A model generated the notes under the pieces. The model saw only the letters and a program-made list of their open reading frames with translations, did not search any database and was not told where the DNA came from. The position numbers and the translations under genes are program-made. Positions 10,031-17,729 of a stretch of 24,000 nucleotides of DNA are shown here, one piece after another. Source of the stretch: Bacteroidales bacterium (lineage in GTDB: Bacteria > Bacteroidota > Bacteroidia > Bacteroidales > UBA7332). Within the stretch, counting starts at the first letter, position 1. Each line of letters begins with the position of its first letter. Where the stretch lies: positions 30,913 through 54,912 of the forward strand of contig JBMOKJ010000003.1 of assembly GCA_049315325.1 (NCBI GenBank), given 5' to 3'.

Positions 10031-11797
10031 TTAACTCTCTCTCTTCCCGTGTAGCAAGAGATTCACGGCATCGTGGAGTGAACCGGCTTTGGTGACTGCT
10101 CCCGAGTTGATAAAGTAGATTTCGTCGGCATTCTCGATGGTGTTGAGGCGGTGCGCGATGATGATTTTGGTGGTCGAAGCAGGCAGTTTCTTTAGAATGT
10201 CGTCGAGCAGTTGCTCGGTCACGGTGTCGATGTTGGCCGTTGCTTCGTCAAGAATCAGCAGTTTGGGTTTGCGCAGCACCGCACGGATGAAGGCGATGAG
10301 TTGCTTTTGTCCGAGGCTAATTCCGTCGTTCGATGCCTGCACCGATGTTTCCAATCCGTTTTCGAATCGGTCGAGCAATCCGTTGAGACCAGCTGCTTTC
10401 AGCACATTCACTAACTCTTCATTGGTAAGTGACTGATATTCTGCGTTTCCGTAGAGAATATTCTCGCGAATGGTGCCTGTGAAGAGGAATGGGTCTTGCA
10501 GGATAAAACCAATCATCGACGTGCGCACTTCGGGGTCGATGGAGCGAATGTCTTCGCCATCGAGGTAGATTTGTCCCGAAGTGGGGTCGTAGAGTCGGGC
10601 AATGAGTGAGGCGGTGGTTGTTTTTCCACCTCCGGTAGGTCCAACGAATGCGTATGTTTTCCCGCTTTCGAGGTTGAAGCTGATGTTGCTCAGGATTTCT
10701 TTATCGGGAGTGTATGAAAACGATACGTTGCGGAATGAGAGCAGCGACGCTTTGGCTTCTGCTTTTGCTGCAGGCTCCACATTCAGATTGTTCTCCATAT
10801 TCAATATTTTGGAGATGCGATCCCATCCAGCGAGTGCGGTTTGGAAATTCGCCCAAAGCGAAGCAATCTGACGAAGCGGATTGTAGAACTGCGCAATGTA
10901 AGAGAGGAAACTGATGAGCAACCCGACCGAGAATTGACCGATGGTAATGAGGTAAATCCCGAATGCGAGCACAATCATCTGCCCGATGCTCGACAAAAAG
11001 CTGTAAACCGGCATAAAGAGGTTGTTGGCAACGCCAGCTTTCACCGCGGTATCGTAGTTTTGGTTGTTCACTTCCTCGAAGCGTTTGCGGAAGTAGTCCC
11101 GCCGATTGAAGGCAATCACCACTTTGAAGTTCGCCAAACTCTCTTGAATCTCCGAACTGAGGCTTCCGGTGCTCTTCATATTGGTTGCATTCCGGCTCTT
11201 CACCCAAGGGGAAATACTGCGAGTGAAAATCAACAGCAAAAGGGCAGGAGCAAGCGCTGCAAAGGCTAACTTCGCATTGATAGAAAAGAGGAAGATGCCT
11301 GCACCAATCATCGTGAAAATGCTGCTCAGAAACTGCACAGACGATTGCGCGAAGAACTGATTGATTTTGTCGGTGTCGTTGTTGATACGCGAAATCAAAT
11401 CTCCGGCTTTATTTTGGTTAAAAAAGTCGATGGGCAACTCCTGCAACTTACCAAAAACAGTGTTGCGCAGGTTGAAGAGCATGCGTTGTGCCACGCGCCC
11501 CATCAGTTGCGTTTGGGTGTAACCACTCACCACAGCGAGCAGAAAAATACCCAACAGAATGATGGAATATTCAATCACACCGTTGTATTGCTTGGTGACG
11601 ATAAACTGATCCACCGCATGACCAATCAAGTAAGGGCCAATCAAGTTCAACCCCGAATTCAGAAAGATAAAGAAGAGCGCAAAATAGAGATTTCTTCGCT
11701 CCGAACCAATCAGGGTGATGAAGCGAGTGAAAGTGGTTTTTGCACCCGATTTGTGCGCCGTTTCCGACTCTGAATGATCGTAGAGATTATAGTTCAT
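10031..11797 (-). CDS. ABC exporter half-transporter (heterodimer subunit with consensus Walker B Glu)
   Basis: TM domain plus NBD: GPTGGGKTTTASLI (Walker A), DGISLGQKQLIAFIRAVL (atypical signature), LLILDEATANID (Walker B). Likely start is MNYNLYDHS at 11797; the long ORF extends to 11836. Confidence 0.92.
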   Translation of the reverse strand: MNYNLYDHSESETAHKSGAKTTFTRFITLIGSERRNLYFALFFIFLNSGLNLIGPYLIGHAVDQFIVTKQYNGVIEYSIILLGIFLLAVVSGYTQTQLMGRVAQRMLFNLRNTVFGKLQELPIDFFNQNKAGDLISRINNDTDKINQFFAQSSVQFLSSIFTMIGAGIFLFSINAKLAFAALAPALLLLIFTRSISPWVKSRNATNMKSTGSLSSEIQESLANFKVVIAFNRRDYFRKRFEEVNNQNYDTAVKAGVANNLFMPVYSFLSSIGQMIVLAFGIYLITIGQFSVGLLISFLSYIAQFYNPLRQIASLWANFQTALAGWDRISKILNMENNLNVEPAAKAEAKASLLSFRNVSFSYTPDKEILSNISFNLESGKTYAFVGPTGGGKTTTASLIARLYDPTSGQIYLDGEDIRSIDPEVRTSMIGFILQDPFLFTGTIRENILYGNAEYQSLTNEELVNVLKAAGLNGLLDRFENGLETSVQASNDGISLGQKQLIAFIRAVLRKPKLLILDEATANIDTVTEQLLDDILKKLPASTTKIIIAHRLNTIENADEIYFINSGAVTKAGSLHDAVNLLLHGKRES

Positions 11798-13538
11798 AGT
11801 GGTTTGTGCTGCGTTGTGAGTTGTAAATTTGAACATATTCGGGGCAAGATGCCATCAGCGATTCGTGTGTGCCACGTGCCAATATTTCGCCCTCTTCGAG
11901 CAGAATAATCTGTCCGTAATCGATAACCGATGCAATCTTTTGAGTCACCGACAGCAGGGTAATGTCGGGATAGTTCTTCGCTACGTTAGCGAGAATCTTC
12001 TGTTCTGTTTGGTTATCCACCCGAGCCGTAAAGTCGTCGAGCAGCAGAATCTTTGGATTGATTGCCAAGGCACGTGCAAGCATGATGCGTTGTTTCTGAC
12101 CACCTGACAGACTGGTGCCTCGTTCGCTCACGATTGTTTCGAGTCCGTTTGGCAATGAGGCAATAAAATCGCTTAGCTCGGCTGTTTCAATCGCTTTCGC
12201 TATCAATTCGTCGGTCACCTTTTCGTTGAACGCAATGTTTTCGCGCAGACTCATATTGAATATCACACTGTCTTGAAACACAAACCCGATTTGGTGCTGA
12301 AACAGCTCTTTGTCGAATGCGTTGATGTCTGTGTCGTCGAAGAGGATTTGTCCTTCTTTGGGATGAATCAATCCGGTGAGCAGGTAGAGCAACTGCGTTT
12401 TGCCCGCAGCCGTTGGACCAATGATGGCAGTGCGAGTATTCGGAGCGATGTGCAGAGAAACACTTTTCAATGCCGCTTTTTCGCCATACGTCACCGTGAT
12501 GTTTTGCAGTTCGATTTCGCCGTGCAGCGGAGTGGTAATGGTTCCAGTGTCGCGCGTGTCGGGAGCATGCAGAATCTCGTGGATGCGACCATACGAAACC
12601 GAAGCTTGTGTGATAAAGTTACTGATAAACCCCATCACCATAATAGGGAAAATCAGAATCACCAAATACGAACTAAACGCAGCAAAATCGCCCAACGACA
12701 TCGCTCCTGTGATGACGAAGTGACCACCCAACAGCAGAATGGTGAGCGAAGCAATGTTGCTCACAAATACCACAATCGGTATCAGCGTGGCAAACAGACT
12801 CAAAATCGAAATACCAATGTTTTTGGCTTGCGTGCTGGCATCTATAAATTTCTTGTATTCAAACGTTTGCGCATTGAGCACCCGCACAATGGCAGCACCC
12901 ATCACACTCTCCACAATCACTTTGTTGAGCCAATCCACCACTTCGCGGCTTTTCTTAAACAGCACACCCACTTTGCCAAATACAAATACAAACGAGGTGA
13001 TAATAATCGGGATGATAGTGAGGATGGCGAGAGCCAGTTTCCAGTCGATGGAAATGAGCAAGATGCTTGCTCCAATAATGATGAAGAGCGAAGAGGCCAT
13101 CGTAACGACTGCCATCGAAACAAAGAATTTAATCGAATCGATATCGGCTGTGAGGTTGGTGAGCAACTTCGACGGATTGGCTTCCTGAATAAAAGTATAG
13201 CTCTGACGCGAAATCTTGTCGGTCAGTTGGGTGCGAAGGTCGCGCGCTACCTTTTCCGATGCATAAGTTTGCAATATGCCTTGCAGAAAGGTAAAGATAA
13301 AGATGATGAGTGCTGCTACCACAAACTCGATAATGACTTTTTCGTACGAGAAGTTTCCGCTCGTGAAGTCGTCTATGCTGTGTGATATGAGTTTCGGAAT
13401 CACGAGGTTCACGGCGTTGGCCAACAGCGCAAAACCAATTAAACCATACACCATCTGTTTGTAGGGTTTCAGCACCTCAAACACGCTGGGCTTGCGAGGT
13501 CGCTTCTCCTTTTTCTGCTTTATATCTTTTTTTGCCAT
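11787..13538 (-). CDS. ABC exporter half-transporter (heterodimer subunit with canonical LSGGQ but degenerate Walker B Asp)
   Basis: 583 aa: GPTAAGKTQLLYLL (Walker A), GTSLSGGQKQRIMLARAL (signature), ILLLDDFTARVD (Walker B with D in place of catalytic E). Confidence 0.92.
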   Translation of the reverse strand: MAKKDIKQKKEKRPRKPSVFEVLKPYKQMVYGLIGFALLANAVNLVIPKLISHSIDDFTSGNFSYEKVIIEFVVAALIIFIFTFLQGILQTYASEKVARDLRTQLTDKISRQSYTFIQEANPSKLLTNLTADIDSIKFFVSMAVVTMASSLFIIIGASILLISIDWKLALAILTIIPIIITSFVFVFGKVGVLFKKSREVVDWLNKVIVESVMGAAIVRVLNAQTFEYKKFIDASTQAKNIGISILSLFATLIPIVVFVSNIASLTILLLGGHFVITGAMSLGDFAAFSSYLVILIFPIMVMGFISNFITQASVSYGRIHEILHAPDTRDTGTITTPLHGEIELQNITVTYGEKAALKSVSLHIAPNTRTAIIGPTAAGKTQLLYLLTGLIHPKEGQILFDDTDINAFDKELFQHQIGFVFQDSVIFNMSLRENIAFNEKVTDELIAKAIETAELSDFIASLPNGLETIVSERGTSLSGGQKQRIMLARALAINPKILLLDDFTARVDNQTEQKILANVAKNYPDITLLSVTQKIASVIDYGQIILLEEGEILARGTHESLMASCPEYVQIYNSQRSTNHYEL

Positions 13539-13725
13539 TCTTTTTTACGATTCTAAATAATGTGCTGGCAAAGTTACAAAGAAGGATAGTTTCTCAATTG
13601 TGGATAAATCCTAAAATCGTTCTTCGAACTGTGAAACTTTGTAGATTTTTTCGCGGATGAGTCAGAAGTGTTGGAAATTGATGGAGAAAGAATGTGTTGA
13701 AAATGGGGTAGAATGGTTGCCAAAA

Positions 13726-13752
13726 GCGCTTAGCGATTAATCCGCTTAGCGC
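13726..13752. repeat. REP-like imperfect palindrome, CGCTTAGCG family, copy 2
   Basis: GCGCTTAGCG-ATTAAT-CCGCTTAGCGC. Same core and spacing as 9987-10013. Confidence 0.6.
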
Positions 13753-13773
13753 ATTTCTTAGGCAAATGGCTTT

Positions 13774-14136
13774 TTACAGCCTCATATTCTGTTTGATCTC
13801 CTCCAATACCTGCATCGGGTAATTGAAGATTAAATTGTTTTCGAAGCGAATCACGCGAACGCCTACCGAGTTCAGGTAGTTTGTGCGCAGTGTATCATAT
13901 TTCCGGCCTTCTTCTGTGAAATGTCCTGCGCCATCGAGTTCGATAGCCAGTTTGTGTTTGTGGCAGTAGAAATCTACAATGTAATGACCAATGCTGAATT
14001 GTCGCAGAAAACGCTCACCGTTCAATTGCCGATTCTTAATCATCATCCAGAGCGCAACTTCTGCAGCCGTCATACGGTTGCGGAGTTCGCGGCGGTAAGG
14101 CTTCATCTCGGGTAGGGTGTTTATTGGGCTTGGCAT
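13774..14136 (-). CDS. DUF559 domain-containing protein (restriction-endonuclease-like / Vsr-type fold)
   Basis: MKPYRRELRNRMTAAEVALWMMIKNRQLNGERFLRQFSIGHYIVDFYCHKHKLAIELDGAGHFTEEGRKYDTLRTNYLNSVGVRVIRFENN is the classic DUF559 pattern. Start at 14136 or 14106; the ORF to 14229 runs through a repeat element and is probably not the true N-terminus. Confidence 0.88.
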   Translation of the reverse strand: MPSPINTLPEMKPYRRELRNRMTAAEVALWMMIKNRQLNGERFLRQFSIGHYIVDFYCHKHKLAIELDGAGHFTEEGRKYDTLRTNYLNSVGVRVIRFENNLIFNYPMQVLEEIKQNMRL

Positions 14137-14153
14137 GGTGGGGGATTTTTTTA

Positions 14154-14210
14154 ATAACCCCTCCGCTTCGCGGTATACCCTTGAAAAAAGGGGAAAGGGG
14201 ACATTTACGC
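14154..14210 (-). repeat. GC-rich palindromic element, copy A, directly upstream of the DUF559 gene
   Basis: ATAACCCCTCCGCTTCGCGGTATACCCTTGAAAAAAGGGGAAAGGGGACATTTACGC. It matches the reverse complement of 14364-14441 apart from a missing central segment. Confidence 0.75.
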
Positions 14211-14363
14211 GGTGCGAAGAGATATACAATAAATTTTTATGCTACTATTATTGAGACTGAATTTAGATATATCCTATTTAAAAAAAATAAATCATTTAAA
14301 CATTATTCGTTTCTGCATCTTACAATACTAATTCACAAACAAAACCCACAAATTCCCGAACTT

Positions 14364-14441
14364 GGTAATGTCCCCTATCCCCTTTTTAAGGGGAAACCAC
14401 CCAGTGGTGGGGTTATAGGGGACGAGCGAAGCGGAGGGGTC
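14364..14441 (+). repeat. GC-rich palindromic element, copy B (inverted relative to A)
   Basis: GGTAATGTCCCCTATCCCCTTTTTAAGGGGAAACCACCCAGTGGTGGGGTTATAGGGGACGAGCGAAGCGGAGGGGTC. GTCCCCTAT (14370-14378) is complementary to ATAGGGGAC (14415-14423). Confidence 0.8.
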
Positions 14442-14572
14442 AGAAACCTACAAACATCACTAATCTTCCTAATTACATCACCAATTCTCGCAAGTTTTTA
14501 TCTAATTATTTTTGTCTCCGACTTTTAATTAAAAAGTACAAGTTACGCTCGTTAGGCGTAGTATAGTTGTCG

Positions 14573-16459
14573 CTATTTCAGTATGATTTTCGTTGTCAGC
14601 ACGTTACCGTTTCTGTCTATCGCTTTAAAAATTCCCATTTGTCTACAAAGTTTGAACGAACTTCCTTTTCCTTGTTGTAAAAGTTGTCCTTCTAACGAAT
14701 AAAATTTCAAATTCACTTCGTTGTCGAACTGCAATTTGTTGTCAACAAGTCGATAATTTATATTTCCTTCTTTTGTCTTGTCTAAAGCAGTCGCTTCGCC
14801 GACATCAAAATAACCATACGGATAAACTGCTGTATGAATTCCTAGAGTTGTTGTCAGTTTATATTTTCCGTCTGTAAGTGTTATGTTCTTTGCATTTCCG
14901 TCACCTACAAAGTTTTGTGTTTCTGTCCATGTAGTGTCAGTTCCACTAATAGAGCTAGCTTTCAATAGTTTATAAGTAATCCCAGTCGTTGTTGTCGGAA
15001 AATTAAGCGTTTTAGCCGTGCTGTTGAATGTCGGTTTTTCAAGAATTGAAATAGTATCACTAGATTCAGAGTTGTCATTAAATGTTTTATCCATTGTGTG
15101 AGACACATAAGAACCAAATGTAAATGTCTTTGTACTGTCTGTCTCACTTGTTGAAAAATAATTTCCATGCATATCTAACCAACCATATAAAACAAAATTT
15201 CTACCTGCAGAAACCTGTGCACTACTTCCTTGTGTTACCCAAATAAAATCGGGATAATTTCCGTAGGTAGCAGAACCAATTGTTTGGTCTTGTAGATCGG
15301 CTTGGTAGTTGACATAAAGTTCAATAGTTTTAGGATTTGATATTGTATTGAAATTTAATTGCCAATGTCCAGGAAGATTACAAAGAAAAGAACTTCCATA
15401 TAATGTTTTTCCGTCAGGAGTTAACACTATATATGAATTTATATCCATTCCACTATTTGTAATATAAACTGATTTCCCAGTTTTAATAGATAAATTTATT
15501 AGTGACTTATCTGGAAGGTTTGGGATTACATATGGATTTACTTGAGAATAATTCCGTGGGTCAATAGTTGCATGACCAAGAGGTGAACTTACAACAAAAT
15601 AACCATACGGATAAACTGCCGTATGAATTCCAAGTGTTGTTGTCAGTTTATATTTTCCGTCTGTAAGTGTTATGTTCTTTGCATTTCCGTCACCTACAAA
15701 GTTTTGTGTTTCTGTCCATGTAGTGTCAGTTCCACTAATAGAGCTAGCTTTCAATAGTTTATAAGTAATCCCAGTCGTTGTTGTCGGAAAATTAAGCGTT
15801 TTAGCCGTGCTGTTGAATGTCGGTTTTTCAAGAATGGAAATGGTGTCTCTTGACTCTGAGTAATTATTAGCGGTTGCATCCATTGTGTGCATTTCATAAT
15901 TGCCAAATGTCAATGTCTTAGTACTGTCACTTACATAATTGTTAGAAATTATCACCCTTACTCCATCTATACAACTCCATTCATGGACAGCAAATATTGA
16001 TCCGCTACTTGCTGTTGCAATACCACCTTGTGTTACCCAAATAAAATCGGGATAATTTCGATAGGTAGCCGAACCATTTGTTTGGTCTTGTATGTCGACT
16101 TGGTAGTTGACAATACAAGCAATTGATCTTTCTGCTCCGCTTTGATACCATGTTAAACCCCATGTTCCAGGTACATCAATAATGAAAGTTGAAACATTTA
16201 CTAAATTTCGACCATCAGGAGTGCCATGTCTTCCAGTTCCCAAGTTTGCAAATTGAATAACAGCAGGTATTGGTTTGCCAGTTTTAATTTTTAAATAAAA
16301 AGTACTTCCATTTGGTAAACTTGGAATAACATAAGGATTTGCTTGAGAATAATTACGTGGGTTGATTGTCGCCGAATTTTGTCCAAAAGAACTAAAAATT
16401 GTGCTTCCAAGTAAAATCGCAAACAGAAAGAATCGAAATGAGTTAAAAAGTTGTTTCAT
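14573..16459 (-). CDS. Secreted repeat-containing protein with a T9SS type A-like C-terminal tail
   Basis: 628 aa with a signal peptide (FRFFLFAILLGSTIFSSFG), two copies of an ATI(N/D)PRNYSQ..PYVIP...YPDFIWVTQG module, and the tail LKFYSLEGQLLQQGKGSSFKLCRQMGIFKAIDRNGNVLTTKIILK. Confidence 0.8.
   Translation of the reverse strand: MKQLFNSFRFFLFAILLGSTIFSSFGQNSATINPRNYSQANPYVIPSLPNGSTFYLKIKTGKPIPAVIQFANLGTGRHGTPDGRNLVNVSTFIIDVPGTWGLTWYQSGAERSIACIVNYQVDIQDQTNGSATYRNYPDFIWVTQGGIATASSGSIFAVHEWSCIDGVRVIISNNYVSDSTKTLTFGNYEMHTMDATANNYSESRDTISILEKPTFNSTAKTLNFPTTTTGITYKLLKASSISGTDTTWTETQNFVGDGNAKNITLTDGKYKLTTTLGIHTAVYPYGYFVVSSPLGHATIDPRNYSQVNPYVIPNLPDKSLINLSIKTGKSVYITNSGMDINSYIVLTPDGKTLYGSSFLCNLPGHWQLNFNTISNPKTIELYVNYQADLQDQTIGSATYGNYPDFIWVTQGSSAQVSAGRNFVLYGWLDMHGNYFSTSETDSTKTFTFGSYVSHTMDKTFNDNSESSDTISILEKPTFNSTAKTLNFPTTTTGITYKLLKASSISGTDTTWTETQNFVGDGNAKNITLTDGKYKLTTTLGIHTAVYPYGYFDVGEATALDKTKEGNINYRLVDNKLQFDNEVNLKFYSLEGQLLQQGKGSSFKLCRQMGIFKAIDRNGNVLTTKIILK
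14847..15046. repeat. Perfect 200 bp direct repeat, copy 1 (inside the secreted protein gene)
   Basis: Identical base by base to 15636-15835 (offset 789 bp). Confidence 0.92.
15636..15835. repeat. Perfect 200 bp direct repeat, copy 2
   Basis: Identical to 14847-15046. Confidence 0.92.
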
Positions 16460-16742
16460 AATGTCGTTGTTTTGTTGTTATATTTTCGTTTTCAGATTAA
16501 TTTTTGCTCTGTCTTTTTTTTTTGAATGGGGCATAATTTCGTCGTGGCGGAATTGCATTCCGTCTCTTTTTATATTATCAGGAATTGTATTCCGAAAAAT
16601 TATAATATTCCTTTACAAAACAGAAAGTAGCCTTCAATATTTTCCCCCAAATATACAAATTATCATAAAACCATCAAATAGAATTTTAGAATTGGGTGTA
16701 GATTGGCAATTATTTATCGAAATAGGGGTGATATGTTAAGAA

Positions 16743-16791
16743 AATGAGTTCTTTATTTACACCATTTGTTTAACATTTCCATGAACTCATT
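16743..16791. repeat. 9 bp perfect inverted repeat with 31 nt spacer
   Basis: AATGAGTTC (16743-16751) ... GAACTCATT (16783-16791). Confidence 0.55.
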
Positions 16792-16861
16792 CATTTTTCT
16801 GGGCAATTAGGTTTGGTAAACGCTAAGTTCTTATCTCAGCTTAGTGTAAGTCTATGTTGTT

Positions 16862-17209
16862 GAGGTTGTATTCTATTATTTGTCTGCTACAATCGAACGG
16901 ATGCGACCTCAATATTCGTTGTTCGTCCTCCACAAATGGTCGTTTGTGACCTCAAACCCGTGTGTTTGTCTTGCTCAATTCATCTGTATTGAGGTCAATC
17001 TCGGTGTTTTGTCTTCTTAAAAAGTCGGTTTTGACCTCGTATCTTACTATTTGCCTTGCTCAATGGATGGGTTTTGAGGTCAATCACTATCATATTTCTT
17101 GAAAAATAGGTGGATTCTACCTCAATCATAAGCATTTATTTGCGATGAAATGGCGGTTTTGAGGTCAATTACTATCGTTTGTAGTAATCAAAATGCCGAT
17201 GTCAAGGTC
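16862..17209. repeat. Degenerate array of nine units, 42-43 bp period, each starting GA(CC/GG)TC(AAT)
   Basis: Unit heads are at 16862, 16905, 16948, 16991, 17033, 17076, 17118, 17161 and 17204, giving spacings of 43,43,43,42,43,42,43,43. Approximate unit consensus: GASSTCAATCWCTATYGTTTGTCTTGCTCAAATGGWCGGTTTT. Confidence 0.88.
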
Positions 17210-17320
17210 GATAGTTGGTATAAGTGCAACACTGTTTATTGATCTCACAGATAATGCTGCATATTCTTTCTTGCAGTGGGGAGTGGTTTAGTTTCATTTG
17301 ATTTTGACTTTCTCGAAGTA

Positions 17321-17380
17321 CTGACAGATTTGGCAGATTTCTGACAGTTTGGCAGATGTGGTTTGTCAGATTTCTGACAC
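17321..17380. repeat. Cluster of ~20 bp TGACAG/GGCAGA repeats ending in an inverted repeat
   Basis: CTGACAGATTTGGCAGATTT / CTGACAGTTTGGCAGATGTG / GTTTGTCAGATTTCTGACAC. TGTCAGA-TT-TCTGACA lies at 17364-17379. Confidence 0.75.
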
Positions 17381-17530
17381 GCTCGAGTTGTCGCAAATTC
17401 TAAACATAGAATCATTCTATTTTACATACTTCAACTATTTTATTAAAGTATCAGACTATCAGCTAAATACGATTGGGTGTTTGTGAGTTTTACGTGCTTG
17501 AAATTAAAATATATTGTGTTTATTTCACAC

Positions 17531-17545
17531 TTTGGCACACCGTTT
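17531..17545 (+). promoter_or_regulatory. Candidate sigma-54-type -24/-12 promoter element
   Basis: TGGCACACCGTTTGA compared with consensus TGGCACRNNNNTTGC. One mismatch (A for C) at the -12 element. Confidence 0.35.
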
Positions 17546-17729
17546 GATAATATGCTGATAGACATTTCTGACGACGGATTTGAAAACCTCGGGGGATGTT
17601 TATGTCGAAACTATGTGCGTGAGATAGCATGTAAACTCTTGAAAAGCGCAACAGGCAGTTTGATTGGTTTATCCGCTCCGCACGATAGCAAAACGGCATC
17701 TAATTATTTATTTTAAAAAACTTTTTACA

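Noticed and set aside
10841-11773. Antisense ORFs (142 aa each) over the second ABC gene
   Set aside because: They overlap strongly supported coding sequence on the opposite strand with no family features.
12273-13385. 370 aa ORF antisense to the ABC exporter gene
   Set aside because: It mirrors a well-supported ABC transporter CDS, has low-complexity H/R/N-rich composition and no recognisable domain. It is a codon-bias artefact.
14124-14528. 134 aa plus-strand ORF spanning the inverted palindromic repeats
   Set aside because: The peptide is a translation of the repeats themselves (PPLRGIPLKKGERGHLRGA ... PPSGGVIGDERSGG) and has no domain.
14544-14560. TACGC-TCGTTAG-GCGTA, resembling part of an integron attC core (GTTAGGC)
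   Set aside because: There is only one short 5 bp stem, no paired R''/L boxes, no integrase and no cassette structure. Likely chance.
16862-17209. Possible CRISPR array
   Set aside because: There are no near-identical 23-47 bp repeats separated by unique spacers. Similarity is spread across the whole 43 bp unit and no cas genes are present.
17202-17396. 64 aa minus-strand ORF over the TGACAGA repeats
   Set aside because: It is generated by the repeated non-coding sequence, with no supporting context.
17477-17716. 79 aa ORF upstream of the DUF6261-like gene
   Set aside because: No domain, atypical composition, and it overlaps the candidate promoter. Treated as leader sequence.
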